Shown: positions 37,342 through 51,162 of the stretch, piece after piece
How the letters are laid out: each line of letters opens with the position of its first letter
How positions within the stretch are numbered: position 1 is the stretch's first letter
From: Ginglymostoma cirratum
Taxonomy: Eukaryota
DNA: 64,000 nucleotides
Assembly: GCA_024137785.1 (NCBI GenBank)
Contig: JAHRHZ010000077.1
Location: forward strand, 19,224,239-19,288,238
Reading direction: 5' to 3'
The notes under the pieces: model-generated
What the model was told of the DNA's origin: nothing
The model's input: only the letters and a program-made list of their open reading frames with translations
Database searches by the model: none
Position numbers and translations under genes: made by a program

Positions 37342-38404
37342 TCTTCCTTACAACTCCATTTTTGAACTGCCTACCATTAGGTTTCCACCCTTTATAACTG
37401 TACCAGAATTACTCTTCTTGTGGCCTATAAAGGTTTTTAAATGGTTGCAGTCCTGCCTTCTGCTAAGTTTATACAGAATCTTTTAATATAATAAAATATT
37501 GCAGGTAGCTTCACAGAAGTTAATCTGATTAAGAATGATAATTCAGCTAGTTTTAGGAAATAAAAGCTTGACTGAAGAGTGACCTTTCAAAAAGAATTTT
37601 TGAAAAAGGGGGGGAAAATGTGTAGATATTTGGCAATCAAATTCCAAATATTACAACCCGAACGATTGATGCTGCGTCAATTATATCAGGGGTGACCATA
37701 CACTCTGGTCATGCAAGGGGCTGGGTTTGAATGGCTATTGGGCTGCACTGCGTTACATGGACAGAAAAGAATGCAGCTATGGAGAGATTTGGACACGATG
37801 AGTATTTTGAATTTCTGATATTGGTAAGTCCAATTCTTTAAGAAAAAGCACATTAGTCTTCAGGATTTTGTGACAGGGTGCAGAGTTTAAGCACATGACA
37901 AGTACTTCTGGTCGAGACATTTAAATTTATTGGCTCTTTGATCACAGGCAGATCAAATGTTCTGTCCTTTTGAGAGTGTCATTCTAAAATGAACAGCTTT
38001 GTTTTTATTTTCATTTTCATTTTTTTAGGTGTGAAAACTTATGATATTGGGCATATGATTTGTTTGACCTGGATTTAAAAAAAATACATAGCCAAAAAAG
38101 AGCTTTTAAATAGTTCAATTGTTTTGGTAACTTTTTGTCTCCTTTAGTTTCACTGACCACAGCTGCTTTCCAACTATCATGTAATAAGTGTAAGGAAATT
38201 ATACACTAGCATCTACGCATCCAGCTTTGACCATGCAGGACACCTTCATGGGAATTTCATTCACAAAAAGGCTATTAATTAGTAGTGTGGTACAAACGTG
38301 AAATGTTTACCTTTTTAAGAGTTGATGTTTCAAGAAACCTGACAAGCTGTGACACTTTTTTTTATTCTTTCTTTTCCCCCCCCGCTCCCCAATTTAAAAA
38401 AAAG

Positions 38405-38474
38405 CTTTGCTTAACATTCACCTGGAAAGATGCGTTTGATAAAGGGTCGCTGTTTGGAGGATCTGTTAAACTTT
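38405..38474 (+). CDS. PDCD6IP: PDCD6IP coding exon 3 (KGSLFGGSVK loop)
   Basis: Encodes LCLTFTWKDAFDKGSLFGGSVKL; acceptor aaaag|CTT, donor T|GTAAGT; 70 nt. Confidence 0.95.
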
Positions 38475-39915
38475 GTAAGTACTTATTTCACGGTTTCCCT
38501 AGAACAGTATCTTATTTTAAAAAAAAACCCAAGCTGAACTTTTCTTCTCTGCCACTTAATTGTTTTGTTTACTGTTTTATTCAATCAGTCACCTCTTTTC
38601 CTCCTTCTCCTCTATCCCCTTGTTTTTTGAAAATTCTCACTATCTTTGCCTGTGTATCTTGCTATCTCCTCTTTTGCCCTTTTTCTGCTGATAGGCTTCA
38701 ATTTCATTGCTCCAGAAGCCCCAGAAATTCTCTCATTTACTTTTAATATTTCCCCTTCCTACTCCCTGTTTTTGCTTCTGTAGAGAAACACTTGACCTGC
38801 AGTTGTTTAAATAATCTTTTGTTCCCTGCTCACAGTGACATTTTGTATTATTTCGGGACACCAAACTCTGATGAGGTGACTGCTTGAAAGAATGCCATTG
38901 CCGTTGTTCGGTCTGCAAATGTGACTCCATGCTTCAGATTGCCTCGCACTCGAATTCACCTCCGACTTCCAGTTTGAGCTTCCTGTCCTCGCCTTCCTAC
39001 ACTGTTGCTAAAAAGCTTAACCTAAGCCTGAGGAATATTACCTTTTTTTATAAAATAAGCACTTTGCAGGCTTCCAGAGATTGAATGTTGTATTCAGCGA
39101 TTTGTGATCATCATGTTGATCCCTTTGTTTTGGAAAATGTCTGCCAAGAATTCTGCAATCCCGATTTATACTTAATTTGAGGCCATCTCTTAATTCTCAC
39201 TCCACTGCCATGTGATTTTTCACTTGCGCTTTCATTCCTTTGGTCGTTTAATTTCTCCTGCTTTCCATTGTATTGAAAACCTTTGTTTGTCCACCCCTCC
39301 TTCAGTGCATCTTTACTTGTTTGGAGCCTGTTAGAGATCTAATTTTGTCCTATTCTGAAATGTTGACAAAGTTACTTTCTCCTCATGTGCCTTCTGACTT
39401 GTTTATTTCCCATATTTTCTGTTCTGCCTTTGGATTTCCAGTTTATGCAGAGTTTTGCTTCTTTATAACTGAGCCATAAGCAGTATGAATTACTGGTAAC
39501 TAATATCAACAGCACCGAAAATGTGCTTTGACAAGTTGTGGAGTTTGTTTTTGTCAGATTTTAGTTATCTGTGTAGAATTTAAAAGATAAAATGTTGAAT
39601 TTTGTTCTTTTTACTTTATCACTTCTCTTTCTAAATTCTATCTTTATTTCCCTTCACTTCATGTTTTGTATCTTATTTGACATTGTCTTAACTATTCCTA
39701 GGATAACTACTTAAACTTAGTGCTTTCAATAGATCAAAGCATCCTTGGCTTTTCATAATGTTAGAGAATAAAAAGGAAAGAGATGGACAATCATCATTTG
39801 AGTGACCTAAAATCTCTCTGACTTCACTTTTTTAAGAAGCAAATTCAAGACTGGGAATGGGAATGTTGCTCCAGATCAAGATGGTGTGCATTTTGTAATG
39901 GAACCTATGGTTGGT

Positions 39916-40879
39916 CATAAGACCATAAGACATAGGAGTGGAAGTAAGGCCATTCGGCCCATCGAGTCCACTCCGCCATTTAATCATGGCTGATGGGCAT
40001 TTCAACTCCACTTACCCGCACTCTCCCCGTAGCCCTTGATTCCTTGCGAGATCAAGAATTTATCAATCTCTGCCTTGAAGACATTCAACGTCCCGGCCTC
40101 CACTGCGCTCCGTGGCAGTGAATTCCACAGACCCACCACTCTCTGGCTGAAGAAATGTCTCCTCGTTTCCGTTTTAAATTGACCCCCTCTAATTCTCAAG
40201 CTGTGCCCACGGGTCCTAGTATCCCCACCTAACAGAAACAACTTCCCAGCGTCCACCCTTTCTAAGCCATGCATTATCTTGTAAGTTTCTATTAGATCTC
40301 CCCTCAACCTTCTAAACTCTAATGAATACAATCCCAGGATCCTCAGCCGTTCATCGTATGTTAGGCCTACCATTCCAGGGATCATCCGCGTGAATCTCCG
40401 CTGGACACGTTCCAGTGCCAGTATGTCCTTCCTGAGGTGTGGGGCCCAAAATTGGACACAGTATTCTAAATGGGGCCTAACTAGAGCTTTATGAAGTCTC
40501 AGAAGCACATCGCTGCTTTTATATTCCAACCCTCTTGAGATAAATGACAACATTCCATTTGCTTTCTTAATCACAGACTCAACCTGCAAGTTAACCTTTA
40601 GAGATTCCTGTACTAGCACTCCCAGATCCCTTTGTACTTCGGCTTTGTGAATTTTCTCACCGTTCAGAAAATAGTCCATGCCTGTATTCTTTTTTCCAAG
40701 GTGCAAGACCTCGCATTTGCTCACGTTGAATTTCATCAGCCATTTCCTGGACCACTCTCCGAAACTGTCTAAATCATTCTGCAGCCTCCCCACCTCCTCC
40801 GTACCACCTGCCTGTCCACCCAACTTCGTATCATCGGCAAACTTCACCAGAATGCCCCCAGTCCCTTCATCCAGATCAT
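39916..40879 (-). mobile_element. Young 5'-truncated CR1 LINE with an uninterrupted ORF2 C-terminus, nested in a family-B LINE
   Basis: Stop-free from DLDEGTGGILVKFADDTKLGG through LVRPHLEYCVQFW to the stop at 40002; TCTTATG-type tail at 39916-39935; host LINE resumes at GTTCCCATGC (40879). Confidence 0.93.
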
Positions 40880-41469
40880 GTTCCCATGCTTCTCTTGCCC
40901 TTGTTCTTGGATATGGTAGAGATTTTGGGTTTAGAAGATGCTGTTGAAGGAGTGTCCGTGAGCTGCTGACATACATGAATGGTACACCTTGCTGCTTCTG
41001 TGCACCCATGGTGGTGGAAATGTTGATTAATGTCATGTTCAGGGTTCAAATCAAGCAGGCTGCTTTATGGTTAATGGAGATGAGCTTCTTGACTGTTCGT
41101 GGATTTGAATCTCCAGACAAGTGAGGATTCCATCTCATTTCCTACATGTAGAATTTGGACAAACTTTGGGTCAGCAGGAGGCTGTTTGTTGCCTATGACC
41201 TGCTTTTGTAGTATCTGTAATTTTGGGGGTAGTCCAGTTCAGTAACCCTTAGAATGCTATTACTGCAGGATTCAGCAATCGCAATGATATTGATTATCAA
41301 GGATGTGGTTAAATTCTGTCTTTTCAGTGCTGGGGTCTAATATAAATGCTAAATGAGACCTGATATTAAAATACTGTACATAAAGTACAACCAAATGAAT
41401 GAGTCACTTAAGTGCAACAATTTTCAGCTATTCTTCATTACCAGCAGAATTCTTCTGAGAACAAAATAT

Positions 41470-41650
41470 CCCATCAAAATATCAAAATTGGACAGAGGTT
41501 CACCTGCACATCCATCAAGTCCACCGTGTCTGCTACTAAGATGGGGAGTTCCACTCCCGAACATCCTAAATGCCCTCTTATTTCAAGGACCGCAACTTCC
41601 CCCCTCTTCAGTGGTCGGAAGTGCACTTGACTACATCTCTTGCGTTTCTT
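41470..41650 (+). mobile_element. Old PLE ORF fragments
   Basis: QRFTCTS (GIY-YIG-proximal) and FKDRNFP-like remnants. Confidence 0.5.
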
Positions 41651-41714
41651 ACAGTCTCTTTGTGTGAGATAACGTGTCCATTGTGCACGTTTGTGGCCAG
41701 TCAGTGGAGATAAT

Positions 41715-42006
41715 GCACCATGAGGGAAATAGGGGTTATATTTTTCAGGTGAGAGGAGAAAGATTTAAGAAAAACGTGAGGAGTAATTTTTTATTTTTAG
41801 ACGGTATGTGGAATGAACTGCCAGAGGAAGTGGTGGATGCAGGTTCATTTATGACTTTTAAAAGACATTTGAATAAGTATATGAATAGGAGAGGCTGGAG
41901 AGACATGGGCTAAACACAGCCAAGCAGGACTAGTTTGGTTTGGGAAAACGGGTTGGCGTGGACTATTTAACCGAAGGGTTTGTTTCAATGCTGTATGACT
42001 CTGACT
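41715..42006 (+). mobile_element. CR1 LINE 3' end
   Basis: QVRGERFKK...WNELPEEVVDAG...FKRHL, with tail TATGACTCT. Confidence 0.82.
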
Positions 42007-42221
42007 CTTTACTGAATGATTTGATTGACAAATACAGTTGTCAGTTCTGTAGCTAGGATACAGTCAAGAATTTCTTCATTCACTTTAAGAATAGCCAGTT
42101 CTGATTGTGTCACAAAGGCAATGAAGTATCACAGGCATAAAGCAGGCCTTTGTCCAGAAGGCTAATTGCTCTTGCATTTTCAAGGTAAAGGTTAGTAATT
42201 ACCCAAATAGCTTTTCTTTAT

Positions 42222-42577
42222 TTTTGTATGGGATGTGGACATCACTGGCAAGGCTGGCATTTTCTCCCCATCCTTAATTGTCTTTGAACTGAGTGGTTTA
42301 CTGTGGTTTTTCAGAGGGCAGTTAAGAATCAACCATGCTTCTGTGGACCAGGGCAGGTAGGGGCAGTAGAGTTCCTTTGCTAAAGGACATCAGTAAACTC
42401 GGTGGGTTTTTATGACAATTTGACAATGGTTAGGTTATTGCTATTTGATCAGCCATTTAATTCTTGATTTTATTGAATTCAGATTTCCTAGTTGCGACGG
42501 TAGGATTCAAACCCATGTCCCGAGAATGTTAGCCTGGGGTTCTGAATTACCACTACGCTGCCACCGCTACCTTCCCC
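42222..42577 (-). mobile_element. Family-B tRNA-SINE (older variant)
   Basis: Reverse complement of the family-B core (GGGCAGTTAAGA..CAACCA, CTAAAGGACAT.AGT) and a tRNA head. Confidence 0.75.
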
Positions 42578-42933
42578 AACCAAGTTGGTCTGTATTTGGG
42601 AAAACCTTTCTCTGCAAATCTGGTGTATTGCCAAATTTGCTAACACAATTTCTTAGACAATTGAAGTGAAAATTATTGCCCATATGTTTAGTATGAAAAT
42701 TTGGTGCTTTACTGAAATCTTTGTGCCACCACTGGGTTGGAACTTTCCTGTTACTTATTCTTGAGTGAACAGTTACATTTAAGACATTGTATTTGGTACA
42801 AAAAGATTCGACAGATGAAACGGAAATTAGTTCCTTGTAAAATTTGTTATCGGAATCTGTAATATTCAAAAACTATTCGTGTTTAAGGAATTGTAGCTAT
42901 TGTACTGTTCTTATTTCTTGTATTTGATTGCAG

Positions 42934-43061
42934 CCTTTGCGAGTTTGGGATTTGAAAAGACCTGTGTTTTGTTCAATATTGGAGCTCTTGCCAGCCAAAT
43001 TGCATCAGAACAGAATCTTGAAAATGATGAAGGGTTGAAAGCAGCAGCTAAGTATTACCAG
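42934..43061 (+). CDS. PDCD6IP: PDCD6IP coding exon 4
   Basis: Acceptor ttgcag|CC; encodes (S)FASLGFEKTCVLFNIGALASQIASEQNLENDEGLKAAAKYYQ; donor CAG|GTATGC; 128 nt. Confidence 0.96.
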
Positions 43062-43344
43062 GTATGCAGACGTTATTGTTGCAGTCTCATTGCTTTTATT
43101 TGTGACTTATTTGTTTTGTTTCTACCCTTACTGTCTCATCACCAGTCTTCGTCACAAGTTTCCTCCTTGTCTTCAGGCTCTGTATTGAGCGATTCCTCAC
43201 CCTTGATAATTTTGATTTAGAGTTAGTTGCTCATCTCCACCTTTTCAAATGCTTTTGTATCTTTTACTGTCTCCTGGTTATGCTTTTGGGGTTCCCTCAA
43301 TTTCAATACCTGGACTTGAGGAAGTGCAACCTTCGAATTCTGGA

Positions 43345-43572
43345 ACAAGCACAACATGCTGGAAAATGACAGCAGGTCCAGCAGCATTTTTGGAGAGAGA
43401 AACAGAATTCATGTTTCAAGTCTGTGAACGACTCCTTTACTCTGAAGAAGAGCCAGAGTGGAATTGAGACATTAACTGTTTTTCTGTCCCACAGATGCTT
43501 CCAGACCTGTGTTTCTTCAGCATTTTCCATGTTTGTTTCAGATTTCAAGCATCCACAATATTTTGCTTTTCT
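43345..43572. mobile_element. MITE-like inverted pLTR pair, second PLE family
   Basis: ATGCTGGAAA..CAGCAGGTC..GCAGCAT versus AGATGCT.CCAGACCTG..CAGCATTT; central CTGAAGAAGAG core. Confidence 0.7.
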
Positions 43573-44839
43573 TAGAATCCTGCAATCTTGCAGGACAAGA
43601 AGTGTCAATTTAGGTCATTGTGCCTGTGGAAGGAGCTATCCAGTTAGACCTGCAGTTTCTCTTATTGTATGATTATTCAGTTCACTTTTGAAAGTTGCTG
43701 TTGAATCTGCTTCCTTCGCCCTGATGCAGTTTTGGATAATTGAAGTTACTACTATCAGTGTCCTTTTTGTTTTGCATCTTTCTGAACTTTGCTTACAAAT
43801 TTACTTCTTTACGTCTTTCTCATTTCCTATTGGCTTGCAGTGTATAATTCCTCTTTTTCTTTAGTCTACCCAAATAACTTCAGTCTTTGAATCCTCGAGC
43901 ACAAACCTTTCCAGGGATGTAACTATATTTGGTCAATGCTGTCACCACCCTATTCCCTTAATCCTTTCTATACTTTTAAAAAGCATTTTCCTGAACACTT
44001 GTCAGGAATATCAAGGTTCACATCCTCCGCTTGTTTGAAGCAGACATCATCTGTTTTGGTATCGTTTCATAATCCCATGTGGCATCTTGAATCTGAAACA
44101 CTGCAACCGTACTAGCAATGCTCTGTGCATTTGTGCATGACAAACCTACCTGAAAATATCTTGTATTTCTTTCCAAAACAGCAAAGGACCATGGGTGATG
44201 GAAATCTGAAATAAAAACAAAGTACTAGAAGTACTCAGCAGGTCAGGAACTTGTACTCGACTCCATTTTTCTGTCATGACATAGATCAATTTATCCACAT
44301 TGACGGGAAGAATAGAGAACTGACCTACTATTTAATTGGGGAATATGTGCAGAACTTGATGGTACAGAAGGATCTGGGTACCATGGTATATGAGTTGCAA
44401 GAAGTTTACACCTGGATATGACAAATTATTAGGAAGGCAGATGTAATGTTGGTGTTTATTGCAAAGCAAAACAAGTAGAGCAATGAAGCACTGAAGTGTT
44501 GATGCAGTACGTGGTCGTAGTTAGATCACATTTGAAGTAGATTTCTGGAGTCAGTGGGATATCTTGTAAGGACAGGTTGGGCTTGTGGCCCTTGGGGGTT
44601 AGAAGAATGAGAGTTGATCTTTTTGAAATCTATAAGATTCGGTGGAGACTTGACAGGATGGATGCTGAGTAGATGTTTCTTCTTGTAGGGCCGATCTAAA
44701 ATTAGGAGTCGTAATGTAAAAATTAGGCATCAGCCTTTTACAAAACATGACATGCTTTTTAAAGCTCTGGTTTAGGAAATTTAAAATTTCCATCGTGTTA
44801 TATTTCTTTATTTTAGCTGTAAGTTTGTACAAAGCAGTC

Positions 44840-45325
44840 ATTGAGATATACAGCATGGAAACAGACTCTTCGGTTGAACCTGTTCATGCCGACCAGATAT
44901 CCTACACAAGTCTAGTTGCATTTGGCCCAGCTCCCTCTAAATCCTTCCTATTCATATAACCGACCTAGATGCCTTTTAAATGTTATAATCTTATCAGCCT
45001 CCACCACTTCCTCTGGCAGCTCATTCCATACACGCACTGTCCTATGTGTGAAAAGGTTGCCCCTTAGATCTCTTTTCCAATCTTTCCCTTCTCACCTTAA
45101 ACTTGTGCCCTCTAGTTTTGGACTCCACCACCCCGGGTAACAGGTTTATTTACCCTATCCATGCTCCTCACGATGTTATAAACCTCCAATAGGTCATCCT
45201 TCAGCCTCCACCCCAGCCTACTCAGCCTCTCCCTATAACTCAAACCCTCCAACCCTGGCAACATCTTAGTAAGTCTTTTCTGAACCCTTTCATGTTTCAA
45301 AACATCCTTCCTAGAGGAGGGAGAT
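44840..45325 (-). mobile_element. CR1 LINE 3' end
   Basis: ERVQKRLTKMLPGLEGLSYRERL plus 3'UTR. Confidence 0.85.
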
Positions 45326-47056
45326 CATGAGCCAAGCTTTCAATTTCTTTTCTTATTTTTCACTCATCTGTTATGAATTATAAATCTGTCTTGGAAAGAA
45401 CTTGGAACACGTTATAAAAATATTATTAAAAGATAAAATACTCAACATACACAGCATAGTGACATTCCTGAAGTTCATCAGGATTCCAAACAGCCAAAAT
45501 GGTGGATTTGGGGAAAACAAACTTATAATCCTGAAATCCATATAAGAAATTTTCAGTTACCGATGAACAGTAACTCTGATCATCTGTGTTAAAATCAAAA
45601 TAACACGCTGCTTAGTTGTCAGCTGTTGGTGGAATGTATGTTGAATTTGATGTGTGTCTCAGTTTCTGGCTTCTAGAATCCAGTTAGGCATACCACTGTT
45701 AAGGAGAATGTTCTTTAGGTAGACAAAGTTATCAACTTGTAGCAAACATCTCAAAGAATTATTGCATCTTCGTGTTTACGGAATGTTGATGTTGCAAATC
45801 CCCAGTGTGTTTTTTGAGGATAACAAATCTTTATTTCTCCAGAGGTGCTTAACGGCACTCGAGGGAAAGGCATCTCTTGCTGTTACCTTGAGTCATCCAA
45901 TCAATATTGCATCAATTTGGTCCTTGGTCTTTGACAAGTTAGTGACCTTGACCAGGTTTCTAACTTGGCATCACTGGCCCACAGCTGTTAAGGAGCAAAC
46001 AATTTTCTTGTTCCTGCTGCTGCTTTCTGTTAATTTATGCTGATGACTGGAAGTTACGTGGATTTATTCATAAGGATTGATGACTTAATTGAGATGCTAG
46101 TGGACTCCATTTCCCATATTAATGTTTACACACGTGAATGTTGTGAGGGAAATTCTTCACTGTCAAAAAAAACCTCTTAAAGCCATTTTCTGGCCAAGAT
46201 GGTAGTTTGTAGAGAAATGAGGATTAAAGACTGACATGCTTCAAATTTGCTTTTGATTTTAGACTTTACCTATCTCTGGGTAGAAAGTAGTATCTTGAAA
46301 TTTGATTTTGATGACAAGCTGAAATCAGGGGCCAACTACAAAGATTCTGTGATATAAATTCACTTTCTGCCTCTCCGATATTCCTTTCTGCTTTGCTGAC
46401 CTGCCATATTAGGGCGTTTCTAGATTTGAATGAAGCTATTTCAAAAATGATACTTGTAATATTTACTAAAAAATATTTTAAGAACTGCAGTAGTTTTCTA
46501 TGTCTCAGAATTGCAGAAGCTAAAGTATTGCTTTTACTGCCCTCTGGTGCTCAAAGTGTGAATGTGGAAAAAAACATCATTAACAATGCTAATACTTAAA
46601 ATCAGATTTTTAAAATCTTTATTCCTGCTAATGTTACTCATGAGCATAAAACCTTTATTTTTGTTTCTTTATTGTTACATAATTAATTGTCTCTGTCTGA
46701 TTTTATGTTTGCCATTCATTCTTTTTCTTGCTCTACATCTCCCTTGGACTTTATTTTCTCATTCATGGTTTACATTAGCCATCTGTCCTTGTTTTCCTAT
46801 TTCTCCCCCGCCAGTTTTGTTCTTGATTCTCTTTCACTTGACTCAGTCCTCGTAATGTTACCTACTTTCTATTTAAAGTGACCATAGAAAAATGGGCATA
46901 AGCTGGAAAATTTCAAAGTTGTTGATTTTCTTTATCCCTCATATCATTTGTAAGTAAATTAACATTTGAAAGATGTATTGATATTTTAAATGTGAAACTG
47001 CATTTTTCTTTCTAGCGGGTTAGTGAATTTGCATTATATGAAATCAGACCAGTATA

Positions 47057-47415
47057 GGGGAGGCTTTGGCCTAGTGGTATTATCACTGGACTATTAATCC
47101 AGAGACCCAGATAATGTTATGGGGACCCGGGTTTGAATCCCACCATGGCAGATGGTGGAATTTTAATTCAATAAATATCTGGAAGTAAGAATCTAATGAT
47201 TACCATGAATCCATTGTCAATTGTTGGAAAAACCCATCTGGTTCACCAATGTCCTTTAGGGAAGGAAACTGCCACCCTCACCTGCTCTAGCCTACATGTG
47301 ACTCCAGACCCACAACAATGTGGTTGACTCTTAACTGCCATCTAGGCAAGTAGGGATGGGCAATAAATGCTGCCTAGCCAGCAACACCCTCATCCCATGA
47401 ATGAATAAAGAAAAA
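47057..47415 (+). mobile_element. Full-length tRNA-derived SINE, family B
   Basis: Close match to 36681-37022. Confidence 0.9.
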
Positions 47416-47786
47416 GACTGAAAATGAGTTCTGAAGTCTTACCCAGAGGGAGAGAAGATGGCAGTTTTGCCCCTAGCCTGCAGTATCATTCGCTTAGACC
47501 AGTGCTGATCTCTATCTCCAATTAGTTTGCCCACCATTGCTCTATATCTCTTGATAACTTGTATAGTAGTCTATCAATCTCAAACTTAAAAACTTGGGGA
47601 AAGAAAGTCCAGATTTCCACTTTTTTAGATGTGGAACAAGTGATTCTTGATTTCCCTCATCTGTAATGTTCAGGTTTTATAACGAGAAGCTGTAGTCATA
47701 ACGAATTGGAAGTAATCCTAACTTTTCCAAGTTTGATCCTGTGGGCTGATGGATAAAATATTCATTCTTTTCCTTCATTGCAATAG

Positions 47787-47940
47787 CTTGCCAGTGGAGT
47801 TTTCCAGCACATCAAGGATACTGTATTGTCAACAATGAACCGAGAGCTCACGATGGATACCTCTCCGGATACAGTTGGGACCCTCAGCCTAATTATGTTG
47901 GCTCAAGCACAGGAGGTATTTTTCCTTAAAGCAGCAGCTG
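47787..47940 (+). CDS. PDCD6IP: PDCD6IP coding exon 5
   Basis: Not in the ORF track; translated by hand as LASGVFQHIKDTVLSTMNRELTMDTSPDTVGTLSLIMLAQAQEVFFLKAAA (Bro1 MLAQAQE motif). Acceptor caatag|CTT, donor G|GTAAAT; 154 nt. Confidence 0.96.
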
Positions 47941-49904
47941 GTAAATATGACTACCTGAATTTTGTACTGTTCATACTGATGTTAAGGAATTTAATTCTTG
48001 TTTAATATACATTTTAATTTAATATTTGGAATAATTTCATTTTCATATGCTTACTTCTGAAGCAAATTAAAAAAACGCAAGTAAATTTTAGCCTTCCATT
48101 TCAGTGACACAAATTATCATGTGCAGAATCATTTTGTTTTCAGTATTTGGCTTTTTAGCTGTGCAAATTAAAATGGTGCACTTAACAATTTGTCATTTTT
48201 TCTCCCGTAATGCTCTCCTCCCTGAAGTATACTTGGATAGATTTTTAATAACTTGTAAATGTATAAAAAGCCCCCAGAAGCACCATCCTCAAGATAGGTT
48301 TTAAAGCTGCCATGGACTCTTGTTTCAGAAACTATTGTTTTGGAGTGTTGACAAAGCAAGAATTAGCAGGGTGCATTTATGGAGATAGTTGCAGAGTATT
48401 AAGAATCCCATCATAGATTGGTGTTGGGTATCCTAACAAAGGATTGGCAGCTCGCCAGGTTTCGACACTGAGGTGGTGTCCAGGATTTGGAGTTTGAGAG
48501 ATTAAGGTAGGATTCATTAAATTCGTGAAGAAAGTGGATGACAGGTATGGATTATAAGTTGGTGAACCAACGAATTTCAGAAAGAAGGCAGCAGGAGTCA
48601 CCAATGTTAAATTGACAAAAGTGGGCAAAATTAGGCAATTATGAATTTCAGGTTTGAAGATTTTGAGAGCTCTGAATTGTAATAGGATTTAAAAGTATTG
48701 AGGATCTGCAAAAATTAAACATGCAGGACAACTGATCTGGAGCTGAGAAGGAACCATGTAATGCTCAAAGTAGAGAATCTGATACTTGCTGGACAATAGA
48801 GGCAAGAAGGATTCCAGTCAAGAAGTGAGTGCAAATCTGGAGGTGCAAGAAGAATTGGCTGTTAGACTTATGTTTTATTCATGGGATGTGGGGATATTGC
48901 TGGCTAGCATTTATTAGCAATTGCAAATTGTCCAGAAAGTGCTAAAAAGTTAAGCATATTGCTATGGATCTGGAGTCACATGCAGATGAGATGAGGAAAG
49001 GACAGTAAATTGCCTTCCCTAAAGGACATCAGTGAACCCAGATGGGCTATTTCCATAAAACCTATTCAACACTCCACATTTAAATGAGAGCTACCGAAAC
49101 CGAGGAACAGCTTTCCAGTTTGGATCAGCTTCATGTTGATTGCTCATTTCCCACAAATGGACTTGCAAGCTTGAGTTCTAAGTTGCCTTCTAAACTGTGT
49201 ATACATTTGATTTGTAATGAGCTGCTCAGTTGGTGACAACTGTGATTTGACAGAGACACATCGTATATGCCTCCAACTGAATATTGCTTCAAACTGGAAA
49301 TGAGTTTAAAATAAGAAATTAATAGGATGATGGGAGCTAAATTGTGCTATCATTTGAATTGGAAAAGAATTTTGTTTGCATTTTCTATTAGGTTTATGCC
49401 TGCTAAAATGTCAGTAGTACTCGCAAAGCTCTGAATAATTCTGACCTCTCGTGAAAAGATGAGAATATTAACTGGACTGAATTTATTGCTGTCTGGCTGA
49501 ATGAACATTAATGAGCAGCTTGCCATCTTAGCACGTCAATGTAATTTTGAACTTAAATGTTCAGATTCTGGAGGAATTTTGATATCAATTCCTTGTAACT
49601 GGATTACATTTATGGGTTATGCGATTTAAGCAGATGTGGACCTTATTTTGTTTTGAAGCCTATTTTGATGAAATTTAAAGAAACACGTAATATTTAGTCT
49701 GTAAGCGATGCTGTGACTCGTGTTTAAAAACTCACTCTTTAACTACATTGCTTGGTTATTATTTTATTTTCAGTGGGCTAATGAAATAGTGGTTGGTGAG
49801 GAAACTTAATCTCTAGTGCAAATTGGATCCATTGTACAAAAGAAGTGGGCATTGATGGACTTCTTTCTCATGAACTGCATAGAAACATGGGCTTTGGGGA
49901 GAAA

Positions 49905-50470
49905 GTCATCAAGGTGTAGTGTACAGAAAAAGGCCCTTTAGCCCATCAAGTGTGCACCAGTCAAAGACGACCGACCAACTATTCTCAATTTGTTTACCAT
50001 CACTTGACTCATAGGGTTGTATGTCTGGCATCACAAATGTGCATCTAAATACTTCTTAGAAGCAGAAACTCTCATGCCATTTATTGCCCTTGTAATCAAA
50101 GAATTCCAGATTCCCACCACCCTCTGGGTGGAAAAAGTCTTCATTCGTGTCTGCTCAAAACCCCCTGCCCCTAACTTAAATCTATGCTACTGATCAGTGA
50201 TCCCTCCAACGAGGGGAGAAGTTTCTTCCTGTCTATCCTGTTGATGCCCCTCATAATTTTACAGATCTTAATCATGTCAACTCTCAATCTCCTCTCTTCC
50301 AAGGAAGAGAGTCCTAGTCTATCCAATCTGTCTTTGTAATTAAATCTCTCCAGCTCAGGCAACATTCTGGCTCCTTGCAGTTACAAACCTGCTGTCATGT
50401 GGATTCCATGTGTGCTATCTTCCAGTCCTCTGGCACACCACCTGTTGCCAGAGGGGCATTGAAAATTATT
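49905..50470 (-). mobile_element. Degenerate CR1 LINE, 3' part
   Basis: MLPELERFNYKDRLDRLGLSSLEERRLR. Confidence 0.78.
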
Positions 50471-51162
50471 GCCAGTACTAGCTGATCATTCTGGTGTTCT
50501 GATTTAAATTTTAGTCACCTGTTAGGCAAGAGTTTAATAAAACTTCCTTTTGAGTAAAGTAAATAACATACGCATGCGTGATATTAAGTTGTTTGGACTT
50601 GAAGGGGCCAACTTACCAGGATTTGGAGACTTTGTGCAACCGTGGTACCTCAAATTCACCAGTCTTGTCTCTTGAGAATGGTATTTTTTATCTAATTATA
50701 CTTTTTCACTTTGTGAGCCATTTGACATACGTGCTGCTACAACTTCTAGTTCTGACTTTGTGTTTCAAATATCATTACAGAAAAGTCCAGCCGTTCATGG
50801 TTGCCCCTTCATGAATTTGATTTTCGGATTACTTGCTGTGTACTTTCCCCCACACTGCAGCTCTCTTTGCTCATCCACAGTTTTCCCAGGAGTAAACATA
50901 TGCACTGTGCCCCTCTCATATTGTTTTTGTATGTTCATTGATTGTATGCGTTCAGCCATTTTCACCATGTGTATCACATTCTCCAGGAAAACCTCTTTCA
51001 TTAATGGTAGTATTTACTGTATATCAGCAATTCTGGGACACTTTCAAGTGTTTTTAGTAGAGCCTATTTAGATTATGTTGGGGTGTATAAAGGATTGTGC
51101 GTGATCGTGATGTTTGAAGTAATTGACTTATGCTTAAATTATTACTAACAACTGTCTTGCAG

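Noticed and set aside
38285-38746. 153-aa ORF as an independent gene
   Set aside because: Only 38405-38474 is coding (exon 3); the rest is intronic read-through.
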